The notes under the pieces are model-generated. The model searched no databases and was not told the origin of the DNA. It was given only the letters and a program-made list of their open reading frames with translations. The position numbers were made by a program, and so were the translations under genes. Below are positions 43,039 through 52,649 of a stretch of DNA of 64,000 nt, one piece after another. The DNA comes from a virus (Duplodnaviria > Heunggongvirae > Uroviricota > Caudoviricetes). Every line of letters starts with the position of its first letter. Within the stretch, counting starts at the first letter, position 1. The stretch lies in IMG/VR virus record IMGVR_UViG_2617271087_000004. One strand, given 5' to 3'.

Positions 43039-44766
43039 TTGTGTTTAAGGAAGAGTAAATTGAGTAACTTACGCGAATACCAGAATCGTATTGCAGATAT
43101 CGCAAAACGCTCTAAAGCTGTGCTTGGCTGGGCAAGCACTGCGCAGTTCGGTACTGATAACCAATTCATTAAAGATGATGCCGCGCGTGCCGCATCTATC
43201 CTTGAAGCTGCACGTAAAGACCCAATTTTTGCGGGTATCTCTGATAATGCCACCGCTCAAATCGCTACAGCGTGGGCAAGTGCACTGGCTGACTACGCCG
43301 CAACACATAAATCTATGCCACGTCCGGAAATTCTGGCCTCCTGCCATCAGACGCTGGAAAACTGCCTGATTGAGTCCACCCGCAATAGCATGGACGCCAC
43401 CAATAAAGCGATGCTGGAATCAGTCGCGGCAGAGATGATGAGTGTTTCTGACGGGGTTATGCGTCTGCCTTTATTCTTGGCGATGATCCTGCCTGTTCAG
43501 TTGGGGGCAGCTACCGCTGATGCGTGTACATTCATTCCGGTTACGCGTGACAAGTCCGAAATCTATGAAATCTTTAACGTAGCGGGTTCTTCTTTTGGCT
43601 CCTATGCTATTGGTGATGTTCTGGACATGCAATCCGTTGGCGTGTACAGCCAGTTGCGCCGCCGCTATGTGCTGGTTGCAAGCTCCGACGGCACCAGCAA
43701 AACTGCAACCTTCAAGATGGAAGATGTCGAAGGTCAGAATGTCCCTATTCGCAAAGGTCGCACAAACATCTACGTTAACCGTATTAAGTCTGTTGTTGAT
43801 AACGGCTCCGGTACTCTGCTTCACACATTCAATAACAAAGCAGGCGAACAAATCACTGTTACTTGCTCTTTGAATTACAACGTTGGTCAGATTGCCCTGT
43901 CGTTCTCCAAAGCGCCGGATAAAGGCACTGAGATCGCCATTGAGGCGGAGATCAATATAGAAGCAGCTCCTGAGCTGATCCCACTTATCAACCACGAAAT
44001 GAAGAGTTACACCCTGTTCCCAAACCAGTTCGTCATCGCGGCTGAGCACACGGTACAGGCGGCGTATGAAGCACAGCGTGAATTTGGTCTGGATCTTGGC
44101 TCCCTACAGTTCCGCACCCTGAAGGAATACCTGTCCCATGAGCAAGATATGCTTCGTCTTCGTATCATGATTTGGCGAACTCTTGCGACCGACTCCTTTG
44201 ATATTGCACTACCAGCTAACCAGACCTTTGATGTGTGGGCAACCATCATTCGAGGCAAATTCCAGACGGTATATCGCGGTATTATTGAGCGTGTTAAATC
44301 TTCTGGTGCGATGGGGATGTATGCCGGTGCTGATGCGGCATCTTTCTTCAAACAATTGCCGAAGGATTTCTTCCTGCCAGCAGAAGATTACATCCAGACC
44401 CCATACGTCCACTACATTGGCACTCTGTTCGGCAACGTCAAAGTGTTCGAAGTACCAGAAGGTATTTGTACGAACCTGACCGCCGACGGTATCCAGTTCA
44501 GCCCAATGGATGTGCTGTGCTACGTCCGTGATGAAAATCCGGGCAAAGCGGGCTTCGTAACTGGTGATGCAGTCCCGGCTGTCCCATTCCAGCATCCGAC
44601 CACCCCGGCACTAGTCAACCGAACCACTCTGTGGGGTTCGGCTATCAACGATATGCATCCACGCAACGGTGCTGACTACTTCACCCGTGTAACTCTGACT
44701 ATGGCAAAAAATGGCGGAATTAACTTCCTGACCGGTAACACGATTGATGCTGGTGACTCTGAGTAA
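43039..44766 (+). CDS. major head (capsid) protein, position of P1 gene 23
   Basis: 575-aa ORF adjacent to parS and preceded by the late promoter motif; assignment by synteny. Confidence 0.6.
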   Translation: MCLRKSKLSNLREYQNRIADIAKRSKAVLGWASTAQFGTDNQFIKDDAARAASILEAARKDPIFAGISDNATAQIATAWASALADYAATHKSMPRPEILASCHQTLENCLIESTRNSMDATNKAMLESVAAEMMSVSDGVMRLPLFLAMILPVQLGAATADACTFIPVTRDKSEIYEIFNVAGSSFGSYAIGDVLDMQSVGVYSQLRRRYVLVASSDGTSKTATFKMEDVEGQNVPIRKGRTNIYVNRIKSVVDNGSGTLLHTFNNKAGEQITVTCSLNYNVGQIALSFSKAPDKGTEIAIEAEINIEAAPELIPLINHEMKSYTLFPNQFVIAAEHTVQAAYEAQREFGLDLGSLQFRTLKEYLSHEQDMLRLRIMIWRTLATDSFDIALPANQTFDVWATIIRGKFQTVYRGIIERVKSSGAMGMYAGADAASFFKQLPKDFFLPAEDYIQTPYVHYIGTLFGNVKVFEVPEGICTNLTADGIQFSPMDVLCYVRDENPGKAGFVTGDAVPAVPFQHPTTPALVNRTTLWGSAINDMHPRNGADYFTRVTLTMAKNGGINFLTGNTIDAGDSE

Positions 44767-44826
44767 TCAGGGGAAGCTCTCCGTTTAACATAGCGCCCCC
44801 GCGCGGGGCGCATAACAGGGAAAGTT

Positions 44827-46416
44827 ATGTCTCAATATTCAATTCAACAGTCATTAGGTAATGCATCCGGCGTCGCGGTTAGCCCGATCAATGCCGATGC
44901 GACGTTATCTACCGGTGTTGCATTAAATAGCAGCTTGTGGGCTGGTATTGGCGTATTTGCGCGTGGCAAGCCGTTTACTGTTCTTGCGGTTACTGAGTCC
45001 AATTACGAAGATGTTCTTGGCGAACCGCTGAAGCCGTCTTCCGGCTCACAGTTTGAACCAATTCGCCATGTGTACGAAGCTATTCAGCAAACGTCTGGTT
45101 ATGTTGTCCGTGCTGTTCCGGATGATGCGAAGTTCCCGATTATTATGTTCGATGAATCAGGCGAACCGGCTAACAGTGCGTTGCCATACGGTTCTGAAAT
45201 TGAACTTGATAGCGGCGAAGCCTTTGCTATCTACGTTGATGATGGTGATCCGTGTATTTCACCTACCCGTGAGTTAACCATCGAAACGGCAACAGCGGAC
45301 AGCGCGGGTAATGAACGCTTCCTCTTAAAACTGACCCAGACGACTTCGCTCGGTGTGGTAACGACCCTGGAGACACACACTGTGTCTTTGGCGGAAGAAG
45401 CGAAAGATGACATGGGCCGCTTGTGTTATCTGCCTACGGCTCTGGAAGCCCGTTCTAAATATCTGCGTGCGGTTGTTAATGAAGAGCTGATTTCTACAGC
45501 GAAAGTAACAAATAAAAAATCGGTGGCATTCACTGGCGGTACCAATGGCGATCAGTCGAAAATCTCAACCGCTGCTTACCTGCGTGCGGTTAAAGTGCTG
45601 AATAATGCGCCGTACATGTACACCGCTGTTCTTGGCCTGGGCTGCTATGACAATGCGGCTATCACCGCATTAGGTAAAATCTGTGCAGATCGCCTGATTG
45701 ATGGCTTCTTTGATGTCAAACCGACATTAAGGTACGCAGAAGCACTAACAGCTGTTGAGGGTACCGGTTTACTTGGTACCGATTATGTAAGCTGTTCTGT
45801 CTATCACTACCCGTTCTCCTGCAAAGACAAATGGACCCAATCCCGTGTGGTCTTCGGTCTGTCTGGCGCGGCGTATGCGGCGAAAGCTCGTGGCGTCAAG
45901 AAAAACTCTGATGTCGGCGGTTGGCATTACTCACCGGCTGGTGAAGAACGTGCCGTCATTGCTCGTGCGTCAATTCAACCGCTGTATCCGGAAGATACCC
46001 CGGACGAAGAAGCAATGGTCAAGGGCCGTCTCAATAAAGTATCTGTTGGCACCTCTGGCCAGATGATCATCGACGATGCTTTAACTTGCTGCACGCAGGA
46101 TAACTATCTGCACTTCCAGCACGTCCCATCCCTGATGAATGCAATCAGTCGTTTCTTTGTCCAGTTAGCCCGACAGATGAAGCATAGCCCGGACGGTATT
46201 ACTGCGGCTGGCCTGACTAAAGGGATGACCAAACTTTTAGATCGCTTTGTCGCCTCCGGCGCTCTGGTGGCTCCTCGTGATCCCGATGCTGACGGTACAG
46301 AACCGTATGTGCTGAAAGTTACGCAGGCGGAATTCGATAAATGGGAAGTAGTCTGGGCCTGCTGCCCGACTGGCGTAGCCCGTCGTATCCAGGGCGTACC
46401 GCTGCTTATTAAGTAA
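44827..46416 (+). CDS. tail sheath protein, position of P1 gene 22
   Basis: N-terminal WAGIGVFARGKPF...LGEP...YVVRAV pattern resembles contractile sheath proteins. Confidence 0.75.
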   Translation: MSQYSIQQSLGNASGVAVSPINADATLSTGVALNSSLWAGIGVFARGKPFTVLAVTESNYEDVLGEPLKPSSGSQFEPIRHVYEAIQQTSGYVVRAVPDDAKFPIIMFDESGEPANSALPYGSEIELDSGEAFAIYVDDGDPCISPTRELTIETATADSAGNERFLLKLTQTTSLGVVTTLETHTVSLAEEAKDDMGRLCYLPTALEARSKYLRAVVNEELISTAKVTNKKSVAFTGGTNGDQSKISTAAYLRAVKVLNNAPYMYTAVLGLGCYDNAAITALGKICADRLIDGFFDVKPTLRYAEALTAVEGTGLLGTDYVSCSVYHYPFSCKDKWTQSRVVFGLSGAAYAAKARGVKKNSDVGGWHYSPAGEERAVIARASIQPLYPEDTPDEEAMVKGRLNKVSVGTSGQMIIDDALTCCTQDNYLHFQHVPSLMNAISRFFVQLARQMKHSPDGITAAGLTKGMTKLLDRFVASGALVAPRDPDADGTEPYVLKVTQAEFDKWEVVWACCPTGVARRIQGVPLLIK

Positions 46417-46459
46417 GGGAATACAATGAGCAAAAACTTTTTTTCAATCCGGGGCATTT

Positions 46460-47242
46460 TTGGGGAATGGACTGTCCCGTTTCGCTTTGAACTCTGATCC
46501 TGTGCAGCTGATGGAGTCTGCCCGAGCAAGCGCCGAACCGCCAACAGATCCGGTTATTAATAATAATCCGGAACCGGCGGCACAGACTAACGATAACGTT
46601 CCATCTGCCCCGGCTCCAGAGCAAATCCTGGAAGGGAAAGACGGTAAAGAATGGACCGTCGAACAGGCGCACCAGATGATTCTGGAAGCTGCAAATCGAA
46701 GTGCTATGCAGAATGCGTTGAGTGATGCGGCAGACGCCGTTTTCTCCTGGGCTGATAGCGGTGATCTGACTTTCGACTCCCTTGATGGTTTCGTTCAGGC
46801 TATCGCTGGTATCTCTGATGACGACGACTCCGAAGTTACAGAAGAACAGGACGATGCCTATAACGAAGCATGGGCAAATGTTGCTGACTTCCTCGCAGCA
46901 TGCGGTGTAGATGATGACCTGATCGAAGCACTGGCTGACGATGAAGACGACGACGCTGCTGCTGATGTTGGTGCCTCTATCGCTGGTTTAGATAGCGACG
47001 ACCGCGACGAACTGGAAGCGGCGTTTGTTGTTGCTGGCACTTCTGATGAAATGCTGACTGAAGCATTTAAGAAGGTTGTTCGTAACGGTGAGATCAAACT
47101 CATCCGTAAACGCCTGCGTAAAAAACGTCTGACTGCGGCTCAAAAATCGGCGCTGAAAAAAGCGCGTCGAAAAGCCCAGACCGGCGCGGCAAAACTTGCC
47201 CGCAAAAAGTCAATGAAACTGCGCCGTAAGCGCCTTGGCTAA
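46460..47242 (+). CDS. structural-operon protein with acidic body and strongly basic C-terminal tail
   Basis: 260-aa ORF; Asp/Glu-rich middle, RKRLRKKR...RRKRLG tail. Confidence 0.5.
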   Translation: MGNGLSRFALNSDPVQLMESARASAEPPTDPVINNNPEPAAQTNDNVPSAPAPEQILEGKDGKEWTVEQAHQMILEAANRSAMQNALSDAADAVFSWADSGDLTFDSLDGFVQAIAGISDDDDSEVTEEQDDAYNEAWANVADFLAACGVDDDLIEALADDEDDDAAADVGASIAGLDSDDRDELEAAFVVAGTSDEMLTEAFKKVVRNGEIKLIRKRLRKKRLTAAQKSALKKARRKAQTGAAKLARKKSMKLRRKRLG

Positions 47243-47277
47243 AGGAGGAGGCCGGAGAACTCCGGCCTTTAACTTGA

Positions 47278-47859
47278 ATGGCACCTATACCTTATGGGGT
47301 TTACAGCCAGGCTGACGGTGTATCGCCATTTCTGAAAGTTACTTTAACGAACTCTCAGTACCAGGTTACCGGATATATCAGCCAGGGGGCAGCAATGAAC
47401 ATGGCCCAGAATTGGGAAGCGCCGTTTACCGGTATGTCCATGGGGTCTGTTGCTGGTGCTTTCAGTGGTTTTGCGCAGGTTGGTACTGAAACAACGTCGG
47501 TGGCCCGTTGGAACAGCTTAATGGTTTGGGAAGGGGGAACACCGCCGACTTTCACGCTGCCTGTAACTTTCATCGCTTTGTTTGACCCATTCACGGAGGT
47601 TTCAGGAGCTATCGCCGCATTGTCAGCGATGATTAGCCCGGAACTTAAAGATGCCAGCATTGGTGGTCGAATCCCGGAGCGTGTGACGCTAAACATTGGT
47701 CGCCGGATCAACATCATTGATGTCGCTATCCAGGACATAAGTTTCGATCTCGATGCGCCCAGGGACAGCAATGGGCATTTCCTGAAAAACACCGTCAACC
47801 TCCAGTTGACCGGTTCTTCGATATATAACAGCTCCGATATTGTTCGGGCGTTCCAGTAA
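47278..47859 (+). CDS. putative tail/baseplate structural protein
   Basis: 193-aa ORF in the late operon. Confidence 0.5.
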   Translation: MAPIPYGVYSQADGVSPFLKVTLTNSQYQVTGYISQGAAMNMAQNWEAPFTGMSMGSVAGAFSGFAQVGTETTSVARWNSLMVWEGGTPPTFTLPVTFIALFDPFTEVSGAIAALSAMISPELKDASIGGRIPERVTLNIGRRINIIDVAIQDISFDLDAPRDSNGHFLKNTVNLQLTGSSIYNSSDIVRAFQ

Positions 47860-47870
47860 AAGGATTTTAT

Positions 47871-48380
47871 ATGGGGCACAATAACACTAAGGGAAACCGT
47901 AAATTTATTAAGGGCCGCTATACTGCCAACGCGGCCAAAGGCGAACGACTGGTATCTTCTGAATTCCAGCTCACTTTTGCAGGCCATGAAGATATCAGCG
48001 TACTGGTTCGCACGTCGCAAATTCCTGAAATGACCCGCGAGGATGTGGAGGACTATGGTCCGAATGGTGTGAAGTTCAACCAGCACGGTCCAATTCGAAA
48101 CTCTGGGGAAATCCAGGTCCAGTGCGTGGAGACTATCGAAGGCGATATTCTTCAGTTCATTAAAGATCGCATTGCGGCGAAGGACTATGTTGATATCACG
48201 ATGGCTGCGACCCCTGAATCCAAATCTTCCGGGGTTAACGCTGTGACAAAAGCTGCTACAACAATTGAAATGTTGGACTGCAAAATCTACAGTGATGCAA
48301 TCGACTTTAGTACCGAAGATGTGACTGCCGCTGTGCGCCCGTCACTTCGTATCGTCTACAACTGGATTGAGTGGGATTAA
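47871..48380 (+). CDS. putative tail-tube-like structural protein
   Basis: 169-aa ORF; size and C-terminal WIEWD reminiscent of tube proteins; terminator follows. Confidence 0.45.
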   Translation: MGHNNTKGNRKFIKGRYTANAAKGERLVSSEFQLTFAGHEDISVLVRTSQIPEMTREDVEDYGPNGVKFNQHGPIRNSGEIQVQCVETIEGDILQFIKDRIAAKDYVDITMAATPESKSSGVNAVTKAATTIEMLDCKIYSDAIDFSTEDVTAAVRPSLRIVYNWIEWD

Positions 48381-48400
48381 GAGTCATCCCTTGTATTTTA

Positions 48401-48426
48401 AAGCTCCTTCGGGAGCTTTTTTATTT
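48401..48426. terminator. bidirectional rho-independent terminator
   Basis: AGCTCC-TTCG-GGAGCT hairpin plus T-run; ends the + late operon and the minus hok-like transcript. Confidence 0.75.
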
Positions 48427-48496
48427 GGAGAGGAAAGGGTGCATTGAGGATACCTGACACACGAAGAGTGGCGGAGATCTCTCCCCGCCAGGTCTC

Positions 48497-48652
48497 TTAC
48501 CTTTCAGATTCGTAGGCTGTGAAGACAGTGACCTCCGTCTGGCTGGTTCGGATTCGTACCTCGCAGAGGTCTTTCCTCGTTACCAGTGCCGTCACAATGA
48601 CGGTTAAACAGATGACGATCAGAGCGATTAACATCGCTTTTTGCTGCTTCAT
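48497..48652 (-). CDS. Hok/Gef-family type I toxin, 51 aa
   Basis: MKQQKAMLIALIVICLTVIVTALVTRKDLCEVRIRTSQTEVTVFTAYESER matches the Hok LTRK.LCE.R...EV..F.AYES signature. Confidence 0.8.
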   Translation of the reverse strand: MKQQKAMLIALIVICLTVIVTALVTRKDLCEVRIRTSQTEVTVFTAYESER

Positions 48653-48710
48653 AGCCTGCTTCTCCTTGACCTTTTGGTCGGTAAGAGGCTAATCTACGTA
48701 TGCTAAGCAT
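48504..48710 (-). CDS. Mok-like overlapping reading frame
   Basis: 68-codon ORF starting upstream of and overlapping the hok-like ORF in another frame. Confidence 0.5.
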   Translation of the reverse strand: MLSIRRLASYRPKGQGEAGYEAAKSDVNRSDRHLFNRHCDGTGNEERPLRGTNPNQPDGGHCLHSLRI

Positions 48711-48833
48711 AGATATGGCCTCAGATTAATGTTAAGCGTCTTGCAGGACGCGTAATGTTATCTGGGGCTTTCTTCTATCTGCTTTTCGGGTAATGCCTGA
48801 AGCAGATAGCCTCAAGCACCCGCAACGATTGTA

Positions 48834-49160
48834 TCAATGTCTGGCTTTTTTTCTATAGAAATCACCTGGAAGGGTGAATATCCACATCAGAAGAAATGTT
48901 GCAGCAAACATGATCCCTAATGGCCAGACCGCGCCAAAGAAAATCCATACTAAGATCTCCTCTGCTTGTTCTTTGCGGTCGATATCGACAAGCATTTTTC
49001 GGCTGATCATGTATACACAGAAGCCAATACAAACATATCCTGCAAAAGCGATCGCTAACTGTAAAAAATCAGATTGCATCTCCGACCTCAAACTGAAAAC
49101 GCCAGGTGACTCCAGATTAGAGCAATCTATCACCCTCTGAATCCTGCCGGTATACCCCAT
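48834..49160 (-). CDS. small membrane protein downstream of repL (probable start at internal Met)
   Basis: Two predicted TM segments. Confidence 0.45.
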   Translation of the reverse strand: MGYTGRIQRVIDCSNLESPGVFSLRSEMQSDFLQLAIAFAGYVCIGFCVYMISRKMLVDIDRKEQAEEILVWIFFGAVWPLGIMFAATFLLMWIFTLPGDFYRKKARH

Positions 49161-49975
49161 TGTTCGTTATCTTTATTTTTGGCTAAAACCGCATTAAGAG
49201 CTTCGTTTACCGTCATGCAATGCGGCAGATTATCGAAGTTTGATACCCCGCCAATATCAGGAGAACGCTTGTTCTTCAGGTAAGCATATTTCCGCGCTGC
49301 CGCCTCTGCTTTCTGCTTAAACTCATGTTTTTGAGCGCGTTTTTTGGATAACCGCAGATTGTCAGCCTTTGCTTTTGCCTCAGCGATCCATGAAGTCAAT
49401 TTTTTGAGTCTGGTCGTTCCGGCACCGCCGGAAACTGATCTTTTTGTTTTTTTAACTTGTGACTTCTTATTCTTTATTGCCACGTCATCCTGACAGGGGG
49501 AGGGGGTATCATTTTGACATGGGGGTGTGGATAAAAAATTAAATAAAGCCAATGTCTTAGCGAGAACAGCTTTAACCTTGGTTGCCGCTGAAGAGATCTT
49601 TAATTTGCTTTCAATCAGCGCATTTTTGGCTTGTTGTGCGAAGGCCAAAAAGGATGGCGTAAACCGGTACAGGTTAGCGCGACGTTCACGGTGATCGCCG
49701 ATAACAATCTCTACAGACAGAATTCCTTTGTTTACAGCTTCACGGAATGCACGAACGACGGTTGATTGGCTATAACCAGTTTCTGCCGCGATCAGGCGGT
49801 GAGGCTTGTGAATGAAGTATTCACTGGTTGTTGCCGCGAGATTTGCACATTGCGATAGGATATGCCCGGCGCTACGGGATAGACCGGAGTGTGTTACAAA
49901 GAAGGCCAATTCATAGCCAGAAAAAGTAAAATCGCTCATCGTTATACAGCTCAGGAAAGTGACTTTAGCCAGCAT
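49130..49975 (-). CDS. repL: RepL lytic replication initiator (oriL expected within the gene)
   Basis: 281-aa ORF downstream of kilA in the C1-controlled kilA-repL operon. Confidence 0.8.
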   Translation of the reverse strand: MLAKVTFLSCITMSDFTFSGYELAFFVTHSGLSRSAGHILSQCANLAATTSEYFIHKPHRLIAAETGYSQSTVVRAFREAVNKGILSVEIVIGDHRERRANLYRFTPSFLAFAQQAKNALIESKLKISSAATKVKAVLAKTLALFNFLSTPPCQNDTPSPCQDDVAIKNKKSQVKKTKRSVSGGAGTTRLKKLTSWIAEAKAKADNLRLSKKRAQKHEFKQKAEAAARKYAYLKNKRSPDIGGVSNFDNLPHCMTVNEALNAVLAKNKDNEQWGIPAGFRG

Positions 49976-50004
49976 TACAATGCTGGTGGTTCTTACTACG
50001 TCTG

Positions 50005-50805
50005 TTAGCGCGTTGCCGCGACAGGTACCAGCACACCAGCATCAAGCAATCGCTTCATCAGCCACTGCTGACCTTTGCCGGTTATACGAGTCGTGAAAGA
50101 AATCCTGCTTCCATTGCTTGTATCGATCACGGTTTCTTTAAGGGTGAAATACCCACGGGATATGTATTCTTGTTTGGGGACGTTCCTGCGTTCACCGGTT
50201 GCGATCAGAATTCCGTTATCACGCAACCAGGTGAAGAGATAGTTTTGGCCCAGGCCGAGCACTTTGGCATAGTTGCCGATTAGAACCCCGCTGGCGGTAG
50301 CAACGCGTTCGGCGAATTCGACTTTAGGTGCATCCATCAGCATTTTTTGCTCCAGCCGTTGCTTTTGCTCTGCCAGGTCAGCAGCCAAACGGAGAGCTTC
50401 TGGGAGGCTCTTCGGAATAGCAGGTTGTAATCTTCCGGCTCGATAGTCGATAAATGTCTGGTTTACCTTCAGCCGAAACGCGGGAGAAATCCAGCCTGCG
50501 TACTCCACTGCGAGCAATTCATGGGCAAAAGTGCCGCCGCCACGGCCTTCGAACGAAACTATGCAATTCTGCATAGTTTCTTTTTCAAGCTCTTCGATGA
50601 GCTGTTTGGCTGACAGCGTTCTTAGCCATTGAGCTGGCGCTTTATGGGCACCGAGTCCGCTCGCTCTGTGTAGAGCATTAAGGTTGTAACGGCCAGCGCG
50701 GTCGGTCGTAATTTCAACACCACAAATAACGGGCAGAGTGGTTGAAGGATCGACATTTTGATGAAGGTTTGATATATTCATATCCGCATTGAATGTTTGT
50801 TGCAT
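50005..50805 (-). CDS. kilA: KilA (KilA-N domain protein)
   Basis: 266-aa ORF; C-terminal domain paralogous to the Ant C-terminus; C1 operator upstream. Confidence 0.8.
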   Translation of the reverse strand: MQQTFNADMNISNLHQNVDPSTTLPVICGVEITTDRAGRYNLNALHRASGLGAHKAPAQWLRTLSAKQLIEELEKETMQNCIVSFEGRGGGTFAHELLAVEYAGWISPAFRLKVNQTFIDYRAGRLQPAIPKSLPEALRLAADLAEQKQRLEQKMLMDAPKVEFAERVATASGVLIGNYAKVLGLGQNYLFTWLRDNGILIATGERRNVPKQEYISRGYFTLKETVIDTSNGSRISFTTRITGKGQQWLMKRLLDAGVLVPVAATR

Positions 50806-50874
50806 TTTTTCTCCAAATTTGCATCAACCTTCAATCACCAGCTCGAAATGGTGATTCTTTGCACTTAGAAAACG

Positions 50875-50891
50875 AAATTTATTAGAGCAAA
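50875..50891 (-). promoter_or_regulatory. C1 operator upstream of kilA-repL (Op53-like)
   Basis: aaatttattagagcaaa, 16/17. Confidence 0.7.
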
Positions 50892-50969
50892 TTTTTCTGA
50901 CTCGATCCAGATCGGGTTGGACGATCTGCTCAGAAACCTGCCAGTTTGCTGGCAGGTTTTTTTCTTTTG

Positions 50970-52004
50970 TTAACCTATTGCTACTGGTTTTAACAAACCA
51001 GCATCAAGTAGCTTGCGAGTTAACCACTGCTGGCCTTTACCCGTTAATTGTGGCGTCAGCCGTATCTGATAGCCATTTTCATCATCCAGCACCACTTCTT
51101 TCACCGTGAAATACCCGGCGTTAATGTACTGCTGGCGCGGTACGTTTTTGCGCGCACCAAAAGCCATGAGAATGCCGTTCTGGCGCAACCATGAGAAAAG
51201 GGCGTTTTGCTTAAGTCCAACGACCTTTGCAAAGTTACCGATCAGGATTCCATTAGCCACTGATACCCGGTCGGCAAAATCGACTTTAGGTGCTGCGGCC
51301 ACCAGCTGTTGTTCCAGATGCATTTTCTGTTCTGCCAACTCGGCAGCCAGGCGTAGGGCTTCTGGTAATGTTTGGGGGATCGATGGGGTAGGGGAGTTTG
51401 CCTGCTGTAATTCTTCCAGTTTGTCGATCAGCGAACGGCGGACCGCTTTTGACTCGCGCGCGGCAACTCGCAGGGCTTGTTTGTAGGTCATGGTTATAAT
51501 ATCTATTTCTGCGCCGTTTTTTTGACCTACGAAAATTTCGTAGGTTTCTCCTTCAAGCTCATCCTTAACTCTGGCAATGAAATCATTGTTGCGAACTGGT
51601 TTTTCGCTACATAATTTCCGTGCCTCATTGACCATCTTCAACAATGTTTGGCTGTCGATTGTGTCTCCGGTGTTGGGGATGACATTCAGGGCTGGTGCTG
51701 GCGTAGCTGAAGCAACAGGTGCTGGTTTTTCAACATTTAAATTATTACCGGTCATTCTATGTGCCTCCTTTCTCATTTCTGCTGCCACTGTTGCGTAACG
51801 TAGACGTCCTTGTTCAATCAAATAATCCCTGATCTCGGCTATCAGTAGCCTGTTGATCACAGCCTTATCTGTTCGGGTATAAAAACGCCTGGTTATCATG
51901 AAATAGTTGGCAATTGCGCCGGGGATCTCCCGTGTCGGCATACAGATTGTATGCAAGGCGATCGCTTCGGCTATTTCATTACGGGTGACGAGAGGTGTTT
52001 TCAT
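50970..52004 (-). CDS. ant: Ant antirepressor
   Basis: 344-aa ORF overlapping icd; C-terminal domain shared with KilA. Confidence 0.8.
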   Translation of the reverse strand: MKTPLVTRNEIAEAIALHTICMPTREIPGAIANYFMITRRFYTRTDKAVINRLLIAEIRDYLIEQGRLRYATVAAEMRKEAHRMTGNNLNVEKPAPVASATPAPALNVIPNTGDTIDSQTLLKMVNEARKLCSEKPVRNNDFIARVKDELEGETYEIFVGQKNGAEIDIITMTYKQALRVAARESKAVRRSLIDKLEELQQANSPTPSIPQTLPEALRLAAELAEQKMHLEQQLVAAAPKVDFADRVSVANGILIGNFAKVVGLKQNALFSWLRQNGILMAFGARKNVPRQQYINAGYFTVKEVVLDDENGYQIRLTPQLTGKGQQWLTRKLLDAGLLKPVAIG

Positions 52005-52222
52005 AAACCCCCCTGAACGTCGGCAGAGAAGGGGAGGCTCCAGTAACTAAGTGAATTGCGCGAGTTAGTTGAAAAACGGGCAGTAAAAATGCAGGGGCCA
52101 TCAGGCAATTGAGAGCGTGCTTCGTCTTCTGTTGCTGCGATAACGAAGTGATAGTGGCGTTTTTTACAGGAATAGAAACGCCAGATGAATTCTTGGCGTG
52201 CGCAAGGATTGGCATTAACCAT
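52001..52222 (-). CDS. icd: Icd cell-division inhibitor
   Basis: 73-aa ORF with ATGA-type overlap to ant. Confidence 0.75.
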   Translation of the reverse strand: MVNANPCARQEFIWRFYSCKKRHYHFVIAATEDEARSQLPDGPCIFTARFSTNSRNSLSYWSLPFSADVQGGL

Positions 52223-52239
52223 AGTTACGGCCTCACTAA

Positions 52240-52420
52240 CAGGTTTAACAACCTGCTACCCGCTGCTAAACAGGTGGCAGGACGTGACGGGGTTAGCAGA
52301 CTGGCGTTAGTGAAACCAGCAGGCCGAAGCCTCCCCATCACGCCCCACCATAATTTGGGCGTAACGCGGTTTTACGGACACAAAAATACCGCAATATCGG
52401 ATATCTGCGGTTGTCCGCAC
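52240..52420 (-). ncRNA. c4: ImmI leader region expected to encode the c4 antisense repressor RNA (boundaries approximate)
   Basis: Non-coding stretch between the Op51-like operator and icd, with hairpin at ~52388-52412; c4 sequence not recalled. Confidence 0.35.
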
Positions 52421-52536
52421 TAACATTCAGGCTGCTAAACCCGGTCGCAGAATTTGCTACGACGGCGGAACTATAAGCCTGAACGATTAAAAGGTCAATA
52501 TGATGCGAAAAGATAGCATTCGCGACTTAAAAATAC

Positions 52537-52553
52537 AAATTTATTAGAGCATT
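52537..52553 (-). promoter_or_regulatory. C1 operator upstream of c4-icd-ant (Op51-like)
   Basis: aaatttattagagcatt, 16/17. Confidence 0.7.
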
Positions 52554-52649
52554 GTGTGCTTAATAAATACACAATTGGATCTAATAACCTCTTTTTTTTA
52601 AAGGCGAAAATATGTACCCTAAATGAGTTATAAGGCAGGTGAGGTTATA

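Noticed and set aside
49110-49126. Weak C1 operator-like match (11/17) near the repL 3' end
   Set aside because: Too many mismatches and located inside coding sequence.
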